From the IMG/VR virus record IMGVR_UViG_3300030116_004023: 64,000 nt of DNA; one strand, given 5' to 3'. This document shows positions 27,316-37,789 of this stretch, in pieces. Each line of letters opens with the position of its first letter. The first letter of the stretch is position 1. A program made the position numbers and the translations under genes. This DNA is from an uncultured virus (IMG/VR IMGVR_UViG_3300030116_004023) (taxonomy: Duplodnaviria; Heunggongvirae; Uroviricota; Caudoviricetes). The notes beneath the pieces were generated by a model, which was not told the origin of the DNA, did no database searches, and saw nothing but the letters and a program-made list of their open reading frames with translations.

Positions 27316-29314
27316 CTTCTATATCAATCTCTGTAGGTTTAGTTGCTTTTCGCCCTTCTTGTTTATATCTACTAAATCTTGTTGCATCCCCAAACACTGC
27401 CTTACTCACAGTTGTGACCCCATTAGCAGACAACTCAGCGACATAATCAACATTGTTTTCTGAAAACCACATCTGTGATAAATCATCTGAAACTTGTTTT
27501 ATAACAGGAGCCCCAAAACCCTTTTCATTCAAAGATTCAACCCATGTCTTAGATAAAGTAAGTTCATTTTTTTCTTCTCTAGCCTCAGCGTATTCATCAA
27601 TATCTCTTTCCTCGTCTGGATGTTTGTCCGACCAATCGGGGGTTACTCCCCCAGTCCGACCTTTAAACTTTCTTTGTGAAGGAGGTACATAAGCTTTTTG
27701 CATAGCTTGTATGCCTACAGCATCAGATGGTGCTTGTACCTCACCACCTTCTCCCTCAGCACCTTCTTGACCTTCAGCTGTCTGTAATTGTTGCATAGCT
27801 GCCTGTTCTTCAGCTTGTTGCTCGGCTTGTTGTTGTGCCAAAGCTTGTTGCTCTTCTTCCATTTCAATCTGTTTTTTCTGCTGCTCTAATCCCATGAGTT
27901 GTTGTTCACCCTGCATCTTCGCAGTTGGTACAGGCTCTCCACTTACAACAAACTCTGCTTCATATAAATCAACATCTTGTTCTTTTAGTTTTATATCAAA
28001 ACCTAGTTGAGCAAATTGATTTACTATCTGTATTTTTTGTTGAGCAAAACTTAGTCGGGTGTTCTCTGCTTTTTCTTCAGGCTGTGGAAGTTTCAAATCA
28101 TAATCAGTAATTCCAAAAGCATCTAAAAGTTGAGGAAATATCTTTTCATGAAATAGTCTTTGGTCTCCTTCAACCACACGACTCATAACTACTAGTTGTT
28201 GTGTTTGTGTAGACATACCTCCAAAAGCTTCTGGGGCACCCTGCCAAGCTGGAGTAACACCCCACATAGCAGCTACACGTTCTCGTATCTCATCTCGAAC
28301 AGGTAGGTAATCCATTTCTTGTAAGGTATGGAATAGTCTAACCATGTCTACTCTACCTCTTTGGTTTCTAGCAGATACTGCTACCATCGGTATGTAGTTA
28401 GGGTCCATCCTAGTTTGAGCCGCTATATGCTCTCGTTCTTTTCGTAGGCTCTCTGGGTCATCAGTAGTTACCATTAACATACTTGCAGGCATCTTTCTCT
28501 CAAAGAAATACCTGTATAAGTTTTTATCCATACCTACTAACGTCAATGCCTTCTCAAAAATAGTTAGTATTGGTGACCATCCATAAGTTTCTGATGGAGC
28601 AAATTTCGATAAGTGGATAATCTCAGCGTCAGTGAAATACATATGCTGACTTCTGTGGTAATACTTATACATAGCTGGGTGTAATGTTACATTACAGGTT
28701 TCTCTTTCACACTTACCAGCTGCTTCTTGTACTACTTCTCTATGAATAGGACATATAAAATGAGAGTTCTTAGGTAACCCTGCTTGGTCTAAATCAAATT
28801 CTACTAATGCTGGATTTAATCTTCTAATTTCTAAAAGTTTTGACCTAACCTCTCCATCACCAACATCTTTATATTCTTTAGCCATATATAAAAAAGCATC
28901 GTCTAACGAATTTACATCAAAGTGAAATTGTCTGAACACCTCTTCCATACTTTGGTCAAACACATTACAATCTTTTAACCATTTCATTAATCTTTTACGT
29001 TGGTCTGTGTCTGGATTTTCTTTGTTAGGTACTATTTCAATACCTCTTCTAAACACTTCACCAGTAATATGATTTAGAGGTCCTCTGATTTCTTCTACAG
29101 ACAAAGTTATAGTCTGTAAATCTTGAACTAGTTGTTGCCTGTACGCCATTTGATGACGCACCCATGTATTTACCACATGGTCTAACCCTACTGTAGGGGC
29201 TGCTCCAGTTTCTCCAGTAGATTTCATAACATCTAACAGACTTATTTGTTTATTCAAGTCTGCCATTGTTTGTTGCATCTGGGGAACTTGCGGTAGATAT
29301 TCAGATAATTTCAT
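27308..29314 (-). CDS. Portal protein
   Basis: YGWSPI, YFFERKMP and ERVAAMWGVTP motifs; position between terminase and head genes. Confidence 0.85.
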   Translation of the reverse strand: MKLSEYLPQVPQMQQTMADLNKQISLLDVMKSTGETGAAPTVGLDHVVNTWVRHQMAYRQQLVQDLQTITLSVEEIRGPLNHITGEVFRRGIEIVPNKENPDTDQRKRLMKWLKDCNVFDQSMEEVFRQFHFDVNSLDDAFLYMAKEYKDVGDGEVRSKLLEIRRLNPALVEFDLDQAGLPKNSHFICPIHREVVQEAAGKCERETCNVTLHPAMYKYYHRSQHMYFTDAEIIHLSKFAPSETYGWSPILTIFEKALTLVGMDKNLYRYFFERKMPASMLMVTTDDPESLRKEREHIAAQTRMDPNYIPMVAVSARNQRGRVDMVRLFHTLQEMDYLPVRDEIRERVAAMWGVTPAWQGAPEAFGGMSTQTQQLVVMSRVVEGDQRLFHEKIFPQLLDAFGITDYDLKLPQPEEKAENTRLSFAQQKIQIVNQFAQLGFDIKLKEQDVDLYEAEFVVSGEPVPTAKMQGEQQLMGLEQQKKQIEMEEEQQALAQQQAEQQAEEQAAMQQLQTAEGQEGAEGEGGEVQAPSDAVGIQAMQKAYVPPSQRKFKGRTGGVTPDWSDKHPDEERDIDEYAEAREEKNELTLSKTWVESLNEKGFGAPVIKQVSDDLSQMWFSENNVDYVAELSANGVTTVSKAVFGDATRFSRYKQEGRKATKPTEIDIEDE

Positions 29315-29316
29315 TA

Positions 29317-29763
29317 TTAATCCCTGCTTAGTTTAGTCATATCTTGCATTGATACTAACTTTAGTATGTTGTCCATAGCTTTTTCTTTTAGTTCAAACTC
29401 TTCCGAACGAGAAGCTGCTTTTTCAACAACTTGTTTTTCTTCCGTTAGATTATTTAGTTTTTCTTCTAATTCTTCAATTTTTGCGTCTCTGGTGTCAATC
29501 GCATACTCTAATTCAGATGTATCAGCGTTGGAACCAAAATTCGCATTTTCTAAAATGCCAGCACTACCAGCTTCTTTTATTAGTGCAATAAATTGCCCCT
29601 CAGATAATGCTACTACCGCTGGACTATCGTCCGGAATATCATCATCAGCATTCAACATTTTTAGGTCTGCGTGCCAAGTATCTAATATTCTCCAAGTATT
29701 CGTATCATCTTTGATAGCTACATACTGTTGACCGTTCTCATTCATCATGTTTCCTAATACCAT
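29317..29763 (-). CDS. Hypothetical coiled-coil protein
   Basis: 148 aa, AGGAG RBS, late-type promoter upstream. Confidence 0.65.
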   Translation of the reverse strand: MVLGNMMNENGQQYVAIKDDTNTWRILDTWHADLKMLNADDDIPDDSPAVVALSEGQFIALIKEAGSAGILENANFGSNADTSELEYAIDTRDAKIEELEEKLNNLTEEKQVVEKAASRSEEFELKEKAMDNILKLVSMQDMTKLSRD

Positions 29764-29814
29764 AGGTCTCTCCTAAAACTTTTCTATCTTTATATTATAC
29801 TATATTTTTCGTAT

Positions 29815-30036
29815 TTATCTTCGTTTAGACAATTCTTCACGAAGTTGGTTGTTTTGATGTACATATTTCTCTTGTAAATCTGTATACAAAAGTGTCAGTT
29901 TATCAATTTTTTCAGTTAATAACTCAATTTGTTCTTTTAGTTCATCCTGACTATCCATTATATTGGATATGCCATTCATCTCTTCTTGATGATTATAGAA
30001 CTGGTTATCAAAGTTATTTCTTTGTTCCTTGTCCAT
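29815..30036 (-). CDS. Hypothetical coiled-coil protein
   Basis: 73 aa, AAGGAG RBS. Confidence 0.6.
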   Translation of the reverse strand: MDKEQRNNFDNQFYNHQEEMNGISNIMDSQDELKEQIELLTEKIDKLTLLYTDLQEKYVHQNNQLREELSKRR

Positions 30037-30045
30037 TATGTCTCC

Positions 30046-31989
30046 TTATGCAATAAGACAAACACTATACCCACAAGACTTACAAGTTTCGCACCCCGAT
30101 TCAAACACTACATTGGGTGTATCACAACAATTATGTTGTGGTACTCTATAGTTCTCTTTCTTTGCTATTGCTTCTTCTTCAATATCAAAACCATCTAAAA
30201 GTGGTTGTTCAGCTTTTTCTTTATTACCTTTTACTAAAACTTCTTTCTCTCGACTTCCTGCCCTGTAGACAGTTATCCCCTTACATCCTTCCTTCCATGC
30301 TAACATATAAGCATTTTCAACATCTTCTTTGGTAGCACTATTAGCGAAATTTATTGTCTTAGATATACCTGAATCTACGGCTTCTTGAAATGCAGATTGC
30401 ATAAGAACATGGTCTTCAGGAGATATGTCAGGAGCAGTGGCATACACTGCCTTTATCCAATCAGGAACATTTGGTACAGACTCTAACGAACCCCCTTCAG
30501 CCAAATAATCCATCAAATCTTCGGAATAAAAACCATATTTCTCAGCATCTGCCTCGAAGTATTTATTTACGTAGTTCAAAGTTTTGCCTTCTAGTATATT
30601 TTGTTTTTTCCAAGCTAACGCAAATGTAGGTTCAATCCCACTAGATGTGTCAGCTATCATTGATATTGTTCCTGTAGGAGCAACTGTTAATCTACAATGG
30701 TTCCTATAGGCTTCTGTTTCCTTATCGTAGTTACTTTTATCCCATGCAGGAAAAGTACCTCTAACCTTTGCTAACTCTAGTGACTCATCATCTGACCATT
30801 CTCTAATCTTAGTCATTAGTTCTGCTCCTATTTCTCTAGCAGTTGAAGAATTATATGGGACATGCATTTGAATCAACAAATCTGCAAAACCCATAACACC
30901 TAGCCCAATCTTTCTAGTAGACTTAGTCATTTCTTCTATTTCAGGTGTGGCGTATTTATTTGCATCTATAACGTTATCTAAAAAATGAACAGATGTTCGT
31001 GTAACCTTCTCTAAATTTTCCCAATTTATTTTTTCTTCCCACCCATGTGTAGGTCCATCAGCTTTTGTATAAAACTTTGCTAAGTTTATAGAGCCTAAGT
31101 TACAAGACTCATTACCTAATAGTGGTTGTTCGCCACAAGGATTGGTAGCAATCATTTCCCCATATTGTTCAGTCACATGGTTGTCTTTATTTACTTGGTC
31201 TAAGAAAATCATTCCGGGTTCACCGTTATTCCATGCCCCCTCTACAATTTTAGCAAACACTTCTCTTGCGTTTAATTTACCCACAACTTCATTACTTTTA
31301 GGGTTTATTAGATTATAGTCCATGTTACCTTCTACAGCTTTCATAAAGTTGGAATCAACACCAACAGAAATATTGAAGTTATGTATTTCTCCTTCAACTT
31401 TTTTACAGTCTATGAAATCTAATATATCTGGGTGATAAATAGACATTACTGCCATATTTGCACCATCCCGTTTTCCACCTTGTGTAATCATAGATGACAC
31501 CCTTGAAAGTGTCTTTAGTACTTCTATAGGACCACAAGCAATCCCATGAGTAGATTGAATTTTATCTCCTTTAGGTCTTAACTTAGATAAAGCAAAACCA
31601 GTACCACCACCAAATTTTTGAACCATAGCACTATCTGTTGCAGCTTTCATTATGCCTTCCATACTATCTTCTAAAGGTAAAACAAAACATGCTGATAAGG
31701 TTCCTTGTTCTGTACCAGCATTCATTAACGTAGGAGAGTTTGGAACAAATTCTAAGTTTGACATAATTGTATAGAAGTCTTTAGCAGTCAAATCAGCTTC
31801 TACATCTAACCCCATATAGTCTTTATCTATTTTAGCCACAGCATTAGCTACTCTTTCAAACATTTGTTCAGGAGTTTCTATTACCTCATTGTCTGAGTTC
31901 TTTAAAAGATACCTGTGATTTAATATGACAGTTGCTTGGTCTGTGATGGCTGGGGTGTTTAAATTAAAAGTTTTATTTTCTATTGTCAT
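30046..31989 (-). CDS. nrdJ: Class II (adenosylcobalamin-dependent) ribonucleotide reductase
   Basis: PNSPTLMNAG, LSACFV, TNPCGEQ, CNLGSINL, APTGTIS, KGITVYR and C-terminal Cys pair; no beta subunit adjacent. Confidence 0.9.
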   Translation of the reverse strand: MTIENKTFNLNTPAITDQATVILNHRYLLKNSDNEVIETPEQMFERVANAVAKIDKDYMGLDVEADLTAKDFYTIMSNLEFVPNSPTLMNAGTEQGTLSACFVLPLEDSMEGIMKAATDSAMVQKFGGGTGFALSKLRPKGDKIQSTHGIACGPIEVLKTLSRVSSMITQGGKRDGANMAVMSIYHPDILDFIDCKKVEGEIHNFNISVGVDSNFMKAVEGNMDYNLINPKSNEVVGKLNAREVFAKIVEGAWNNGEPGMIFLDQVNKDNHVTEQYGEMIATNPCGEQPLLGNESCNLGSINLAKFYTKADGPTHGWEEKINWENLEKVTRTSVHFLDNVIDANKYATPEIEEMTKSTRKIGLGVMGFADLLIQMHVPYNSSTAREIGAELMTKIREWSDDESLELAKVRGTFPAWDKSNYDKETEAYRNHCRLTVAPTGTISMIADTSSGIEPTFALAWKKQNILEGKTLNYVNKYFEADAEKYGFYSEDLMDYLAEGGSLESVPNVPDWIKAVYATAPDISPEDHVLMQSAFQEAVDSGISKTINFANSATKEDVENAYMLAWKEGCKGITVYRAGSREKEVLVKGNKEKAEQPLLDGFDIEEEAIAKKENYRVPQHNCCDTPNVVFESGCETCKSCGYSVCLIA

Positions 31990-32013
31990 TGTATATTCTC
32001 CTATTTTTCTTAC

Positions 32014-33678
32014 TTACTGTCTGTGTCCGCAGTACAAACATAATCCTCTTTCAGGAACCCAGAAATTAGCGTTACACACAGTCTCTTTGCATTGGGGGTT
32101 TGGAGCTGACTCAGCTCTCTCCATTGCATTTACAGGTTCCATTTGTAACGGATTTGGTTGGGCTTCTCCTTGGATTAGACCAGTTTTTTCGTCACGTTGT
32201 TGTCTCCTACTCTCAGGGGTCTCTCCGGGACTAATTGCATTAAACCAGTCCGCTGCACTTCCCAAATCTACAAACTTATATGCTGTGTCATGTACAGCCT
32301 GTAAAGCCATGGCAATTGAGAAAAAGGCATCCCCATGTCCTAGTGGTGTGTCGGGTGCTTTCAATTCATTACTTACAGACAGTATCTGCTGCTTCTGTCT
32401 TTCGTCTTTGATTAACTTTATTTTACCACCGTGAACAAAATTTTCGAAGACTGAAGCCATAGTATTTTTACTTTTTTGAGAGAAATGCATCCCTCTCCAT
32501 CTAGCGTCTAATCCTCTGTCTTCTAACTCCCCACGTGTGTTATCTATATACCCTGAAGTCAAATCAAAATTGTCTGCGACTTCATTCAAATATTCTATTT
32601 GGTCAGAGTAACTCCAACCATCTAAAAACGAATGATGTATCTGTACTATATCATCCCCGCTCTTTTTAAACAACACCAAATGTGATGGATGTTTTTTCTT
32701 ACCTACATCAAAACCACCAAAAACTTGGTCACCAGTTCCCCAATCTTTATATTTTTTGGTAGCTGGAACTGACCTTAAAGTAATATCTTCACATTTTTCT
32801 ATATCTTCAGAATCAAAATATGACTCGGTTGCAAAGTGTGGCACCAACATAAACTCTGAAGCAAAAGACTTAGGTCTAGCTTTTTGTTGGGCTAACAAAT
32901 AATCTTCTGTATATAATTCCGGCATCAAAACTCGTCTCTGTGGGACAGGGTCTAATGCTGGTAGAACCCTAGACTTAAACCTAGAGTCTTCTTGTAACTT
33001 AGATAATAAATCACCGGGCATCATAGGTGTCCCTACAACAATAACCGGAACCCCCTTTAGAGGTATGAACAAACTTTCTGTCATAAAATGGTCTTCAACT
33101 TTAGTTATCTGCCCCATGTTCAATGGGTTCTCTGGGTCTCTCAATACGTCATCAGCAATCAATGCTCCATTGACGTGCATACCTCGTTTGAAAGAAAACA
33201 ACCCACCATGCATTATTTCCATAGGTTGGTTGTTCTTGTAAAATCTAGCTGAGTAATCTGCTTTAGGGTTTCTGTTTACTAACATTTCTGTAATTACAGG
33301 ATTCCTTGCAATTATCTTATTTATTTCTGCAATGTGGTATTTAGCCATACCATCACTATAAGATAAATAAAGTATGGACATATCTCTTGGAGCAGTCAAA
33401 AGTCTCCAAACACTAAAAGCATGCCCTAAAATAGTTGACTTAAAGTGACCTCTGGGTAGAACACCAACATAGTTCATACCTGTTTCTACACATTCTTGTA
33501 TATCATCCGCTAATAATCCCACATGCCATGCCTTAAAATACTCAGGATTGTCATAAGAAAGACACCATATGTTTTGAACAAACTCTTTGAAAGAACCTAC
33601 ATCATACTTTTTCTGGTCCATAAGACCTTTAGAGAGTAAATCAAAAGCACTCTCAACGCTTACAACATCTTTAGGCAT
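32014..33678 (-). CDS. terL: Terminase large subunit
   Basis: Walker A PRGHFKST, Walker B LIADD, VGTP, nuclease GFDVG and HGDAF motifs. Confidence 0.9.
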   Translation of the reverse strand: MPKDVVSVESAFDLLSKGLMDQKKYDVGSFKEFVQNIWCLSYDNPEYFKAWHVGLLADDIQECVETGMNYVGVLPRGHFKSTILGHAFSVWRLLTAPRDMSILYLSYSDGMAKYHIAEINKIIARNPVITEMLVNRNPKADYSARFYKNNQPMEIMHGGLFSFKRGMHVNGALIADDVLRDPENPLNMGQITKVEDHFMTESLFIPLKGVPVIVVGTPMMPGDLLSKLQEDSRFKSRVLPALDPVPQRRVLMPELYTEDYLLAQQKARPKSFASEFMLVPHFATESYFDSEDIEKCEDITLRSVPATKKYKDWGTGDQVFGGFDVGKKKHPSHLVLFKKSGDDIVQIHHSFLDGWSYSDQIEYLNEVADNFDLTSGYIDNTRGELEDRGLDARWRGMHFSQKSKNTMASVFENFVHGGKIKLIKDERQKQQILSVSNELKAPDTPLGHGDAFFSIAMALQAVHDTAYKFVDLGSAADWFNAISPGETPESRRQQRDEKTGLIQGEAQPNPLQMEPVNAMERAESAPNPQCKETVCNANFWVPERGLCLYCGHRQ

Positions 33679-33680
33679 TT

Positions 33681-34181
33681 CTATATATCCCTATGTTTTT
33701 GTTCGATAGCTTTTAGTTTCACACCGATTCTTTGTAAAGTCTCATTGTCAGAAATTTCTTCAATTAAAACACTCATGATATCTTGAACAAATTCCATGTT
33801 AATCATTCCTTGCAAAACTTCTCTCTGACCTTTTATACCTATGTCAGCTGCTCTTGCTGCGTCTAAGGCTCGGTCAAACTGCAACCCTTTTAAGTCTTCC
33901 GCTGCTTGCCCCGCTATCTGAGAGTAACTATCTAACTGCTCTGATTGCATCCTTGCAAATCGTTGCCCTTCTGTCTCAGCAATTTGTTGTTGTTGGTCAG
34001 CAATAGCTACGGCTTTTTGGTCACCCCAACTATCTTTTTTAGCCCACGCATATATAGTAGGTGGGCTTACTACCACACCATTTACAGAGAGCTCCTCTGC
34101 TATTTGTTTGGCAGACTTATCTCCCTTGAGATACATTCTCATGGCTTTTAATTTTATTTCGTCTGGTATATGTTTAGGCAT
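33681..34181 (-). CDS. Probable terminase small subunit (HTH)
   Basis: SAKQIAEEL...TIYAWAKKDSW HTH, directly upstream of terL. Confidence 0.65.
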   Translation of the reverse strand: MPKHIPDEIKLKAMRMYLKGDKSAKQIAEELSVNGVVVSPPTIYAWAKKDSWGDQKAVAIADQQQQIAETEGQRFARMQSEQLDSYSQIAGQAAEDLKGLQFDRALDAARAADIGIKGQREVLQGMINMEFVQDIMSVLIEEISDNETLQRIGVKLKAIEQKHRDI

Positions 34182-34183
34182 AA

Positions 34184-34687
34184 TTACTCGTATATGTTGT
34201 TACTATCTAGTGCTCCGTATCCATCATCAGATACATGTTGAGAATCTATGTTCCCTCCTAATGGACTTCCGTCTGAGTTTAGGAATTGAGAAAAGTCCCA
34301 ATATCCTGTTTTATCTGTATGAGCTGTATAACAACTAGGAACTTTTATCTTCGAACCATGTGGTAATTTTATTTCATTAAATTGCATTCCTATTTCACCC
34401 CTAGTACATATCCCAGCCCATATATGTTCTTGTTCAGCAATTGGGGTATAGTTTCTTCTTTTTAGTAGACTTCCAGTAGTTCTTTGTAAGTTTTTTACTT
34501 CTTGGTTACTAGCACACTTAGAAAACTTACACCAAACAACCGCACCATATTCTTTTTTTACATCTTCTATAGTAGGTAATTTCTTAGGAAACTTATCTTT
34601 GTATTCCCTCTTAGGTCCTTCCTTCTTACCCGGAAAGAACATTTGAAACCCTCTAACTACCTTAGTTAATCCACCTGCTCCTATCAT
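34184..34687 (-). CDS. Hypothetical Cys-containing protein
   Basis: WCKFSKC...C...C; start may be the internal MFFPG. Confidence 0.55.
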   Translation of the reverse strand: MIGAGGLTKVVRGFQMFFPGKKEGPKREYKDKFPKKLPTIEDVKKEYGAVVWCKFSKCASNQEVKNLQRTTGSLLKRRNYTPIAEQEHIWAGICTRGEIGMQFNEIKLPHGSKIKVPSCYTAHTDKTGYWDFSQFLNSDGSPLGGNIDSQHVSDDGYGALDSNNIYE

Positions 34688-34688
34688 A

Positions 34689-35144
34689 CTAAAACCTCCT
34701 CTTATTCCATAATGCTATGCAAGCCGCATCAGCATAATCTTGTTCGGGGAATCTGTCTCCCCACTTTTCTACTGCAAATTTCATTATTGCATCTTTCTTT
34801 AGTGTCCCTTTTCCCAATACTTCTTTTTTCCATTCGGCATGATGTATCAATGAAGTCTCAATATTATTTAGTACTAAGACTGCCCACACGGCTCCTATCA
34901 TATTAGCCAAAGAAATCAGTGACCTTCGGTTTTGAACAAAGATTGCAGCTTCTACAGCTGCTTTATCTGTTATATTTATTTTACTCATTTCTTCCGAAAA
35001 ATCAATCACAATTTCAGGGAATCTTTGATTAGACAATTTTTTTGTACTAGACCATTTATACAAGCCTACAAGAGCCTCAGAATCGTCTACAACGGCTCCA
35101 TGTATTGCCTTACTTGATGTATCTAGTCCTAAATAGTTTGACAT
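34689..35144 (-). CDS. ruvC: RuvC-like Holliday junction resolvase
   Basis: LGLDTS, AVE, WKKEVLGKG and DYADAACIA motifs. Confidence 0.8.
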   Translation of the reverse strand: MSNYLGLDTSSKAIHGAVVDDSEALVGLYKWSSTKKLSNQRFPEIVIDFSEEMSKINITDKAAVEAAIFVQNRRSLISLANMIGAVWAVLVLNNIETSLIHHAEWKKEVLGKGTLKKDAIMKFAVEKWGDRFPEQDYADAACIALWNKRRF

Positions 35145-35644
35145 TAGTATGTATCCGTAGTTCTTACTGTGACTACCCTACTTACCGTCCCGTAAGCTTC
35201 TTTATATGTTTCTAACAATCCTCTAAGTCTTTTCAATTCAGCTGATTGTTCTATAATGTCTCTTCTTAGTTGGACTAGGGCATCATACTTTTCCATGATT
35301 TCACCCTTCAATTCATCTTTAGTAGCTTTTTTACGTCCCGCTTTTTCATGCTCTTGGGATAGTCTAAACGAAGCTTTGCTGTAACCTTCATTAAATGACG
35401 CTTCTAAAGCACCTACGGTGGCTTCAATGTCAGCTACTTTTGTTTGTAGAAAAGCATTGTATCCCCCATACATAGTTAGGAACTTTTCTAGGTCTTTATC
35501 CGAAGCTTTTGATAAATCAAAAAAATCTAACCCTTCATACTCTGGCAGTTTTGGGTCAAATATAGGTATACCTAATGAATCAATTCTCTTAGATACCCTC
35601 CCTAATGCTTTCATAGGAGTCCATTTTGTATCTCGTTCTTCCAT
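35144..35644 (-). CDS. Coiled-coil protein, possibly UvsY-like recombination mediator
   Basis: Helical composition; location in recombination cluster. Confidence 0.45.
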   Translation of the reverse strand: MEERDTKWTPMKALGRVSKRIDSLGIPIFDPKLPEYEGLDFFDLSKASDKDLEKFLTMYGGYNAFLQTKVADIEATVGALEASFNEGYSKASFRLSQEHEKAGRKKATKDELKGEIMEKYDALVQLRRDIIEQSAELKRLRGLLETYKEAYGTVSRVVTVRTTDTY

Positions 35645-36303
35645 TACAACAATCCTTCCTCTACTAATCGACAGTCACAATACCTAGGTCCTGTACATTT
35701 TTCAGGCATTGCCAACATGTCTTTTATCTTAAAACACCTTTCTAGTATATCTGCCCAATGTTCAGGGTCTTTATCTACTAAAAAGGCTTTTATTTTTTGG
35801 TTATTTTTATTTTCATATAACACAGTTCCTTTTGCATAGTTTCCCATATTAAGATACATTTGAATTTGAATATTGTGTTCTGGTAAAGGTTTTCTCAAAG
35901 TATCAAACTTTGATGTGTTTATAGATTTCAACTCAATAGGTATTACCCCAAAATTAGCATGTCTAATTAAAAAGTCTATCCTACCGGAAATCGCTGGAAT
36001 TTCATATTTTACAGAAACTTCTCTATCAATCAGTATGCCTAATTCAGAAAACCATTTCCCAACTCGCTCTTCTAGGAAACTTCCGTTTTGAAAAATCCTC
36101 TCTAAAACTGCTGGTAATGGTCTGTCTACCATACGTCCATTGTAACATAGCCATACATATCTATCACACGAGTTACTTATAACAGATGGGTAAAACACAT
36201 GTTCTCCTCTAGAAGTCATTGTCCCCTCTAGGTGTTCATCTATTAAGTCTTTGAGCCATACATCTTGTCTGTGAGCTGATGTGGCTTTTCTTTTCTGTAT
36301 CAT
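35644..36303 (-). CDS. Cas4-like PD-(D/E)xK exonuclease
   Basis: YPS...C.R, GRID, IELKS, QIQMY and C-terminal C.....C.C. Confidence 0.8.
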   Translation of the reverse strand: MIQKRKATSAHRQDVWLKDLIDEHLEGTMTSRGEHVFYPSVISNSCDRYVWLCYNGRMVDRPLPAVLERIFQNGSFLEERVGKWFSELGILIDREVSVKYEIPAISGRIDFLIRHANFGVIPIELKSINTSKFDTLRKPLPEHNIQIQMYLNMGNYAKGTVLYENKNNQKIKAFLVDKDPEHWADILERCFKIKDMLAMPEKCTGPRYCDCRLVEEGLL

Positions 36304-36614
36304 TCTACACCTTTATCTAAATTATTGAGTTCCAACCAAAGTTGGTCTTTTATTTTTTCGTTCGTTTTTTCTTTTATATGAATAATGTAATCTATATCAT
36401 CTAGGGCTAAAAGCTCTGAATCTCGTTTCCTGTCTCTTTTACCCAAATGCCCATATATTCCATCAGCTTCTACAACTGTTTTTATTTCTGGTATGTAAAA
36501 ATCTACTATATATGGGTGATAATAAGCTTGTGGTTCATAACTTAATCCAAACTTAGATAACCATTGAGCTATAATCTCTTCTTGTGGAGTGTGGTCTCTA
36601 GGAGGTAAGTTCAT
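36300..36614 (-). CDS. DUF559/Vsr-like endonuclease
   Basis: YIVDFY...VEADG..H....D..RD. Confidence 0.8.
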   Translation of the reverse strand: MNLPPRDHTPQEEIIAQWLSKFGLSYEPQAYYHPYIVDFYIPEIKTVVEADGIYGHLGKRDRKRDSELLALDDIDYIIHIKEKTNEKIKDQLWLELNNLDKGVE

Positions 36615-37575
36615 CTTTTAGTTTCTCAAACAATTTTTCATCTTCAACAAACTTTGCTTTTAATCCGTTCATACCCATAGCTTTTACGTCCCCATAAGTA
36701 TACCACGCCCCTGCCTGTGTTATTAGTTTGGCTTCAATACCATCCCTAATAAATGTTTCTAGCACATCAATACCACCTTCTACCCTAAAGGGTACAATCG
36801 CTGAATCCCAATTCTCTCCACCAGTCTTAGTTTTTCTTAGCCTAATATTCATGTTGAATCCGACTTTTTGTTCTTTCTCTTCTATCCACCCCTTACGCTG
36901 TACTTGCATAATAGAATGAGCAAAAAATACTTGCCCTTGTCCTGCAGGCATATTATCTAATGCTACAGGTCCCATACTAGCTCTTACTTGGTTTATCGCC
37001 ACAAAAGCTGAACCGTTTTGAAGGTGTGGGAAAAGTCTAGGGAAAGAACTGTTTACAAATCTTGATTGCCAAGCAATAGGACTTATTCCAAAGTCTTCAT
37101 CTAATATATTTGTTGGCACAAGACCTGCTATACTGTCTAATACTATGACTTCAAAACCAGCTACCATTGCTTCTCTAACATGTTCTAAAGCCTCTTCACC
37201 TGTAGTTGGTTGTGATACTAATATCTTCTTAGCATCTACACCACACGCAGCCATCCAATCTTTATCATAGGATAGTTCAGTATCAACCCACACCGCCTTA
37301 CCACCCATTTTCTGAGCATTTACAACTATCTGTGATGCTAGATAAGACTTCCCCACATTGGTCGGACCATATATAAGAGTCATCTTTTTGAAAGGAATAC
37401 CTCCACCAGTCAATTTATCTAAGGCTGGTATGTTAAAAGGTATTCTATTAGTTGTAAATGTATCACTGTCTCCTGTTTGGAAGTTCAGTTTTTTGTTTTT
37501 TAATAATTTTTGTATTGCTTCTTCAGCGTTATTTTCCATCCATAACCCTCCGTCTAACACACTCCGCCCACGCAA
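36598..37575 (-). CDS. recA: RecA/UvsX-like recombinase (start probably MENNAEE)
   Basis: GGGIP, GPTNVGKS, VDTE, VLDS, INQVR and GAWY motifs. Confidence 0.9.
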   Translation of the reverse strand: MRGRSVLDGGLWMENNAEEAIQKLLKNKKLNFQTGDSDTFTTNRIPFNIPALDKLTGGGIPFKKMTLIYGPTNVGKSYLASQIVVNAQKMGGKAVWVDTELSYDKDWMAACGVDAKKILVSQPTTGEEALEHVREAMVAGFEVIVLDSIAGLVPTNILDEDFGISPIAWQSRFVNSSFPRLFPHLQNGSAFVAINQVRASMGPVALDNMPAGQGQVFFAHSIMQVQRKGWIEEKEQKVGFNMNIRLRKTKTGGENWDSAIVPFRVEGGIDVLETFIRDGIEAKLITQAGAWYTYGDVKAMGMNGLKAKFVEDEKLFEKLKDELTS

Positions 37576-37789
37576 AGTAGGTAGCAGCTGTTTGAACTAG
37601 TTCTATAAATAATTTAGTATCACTTTGAGAAAAAATCTCTTCAGCAATATCTCCGTTCTTTTCCGTAGCTAGGATATTCCACCAAGAGTCATCGTGGTTC
37701 TGCTCTCCCCACAAGTGGTCTTGTCTTTCTCTTTCTCCTAGTACTGATTCTAAAACAGATGCTCTAATTGATTCTCTATTTTCCTTCAT
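37529..37789 (-). CDS. MazG-like all-alpha NTP pyrophosphatase (degenerate)
   Basis: ERERQD..WGEQNH...ELVQTAA pattern. Confidence 0.6.
   Translation of the reverse strand: MKENRESIRASVLESVLGERERQDHLWGEQNHDDSWWNILATEKNGDIAEEIFSQSDTKLFIELVQTAATYFAWAECVRRRVMDGK

Noticed and set aside
35644..36303. Cas4-like gene as part of a CRISPR-Cas system
   Set aside because: Stand-alone within a RecA/RuvC recombination module, which is common in phages.
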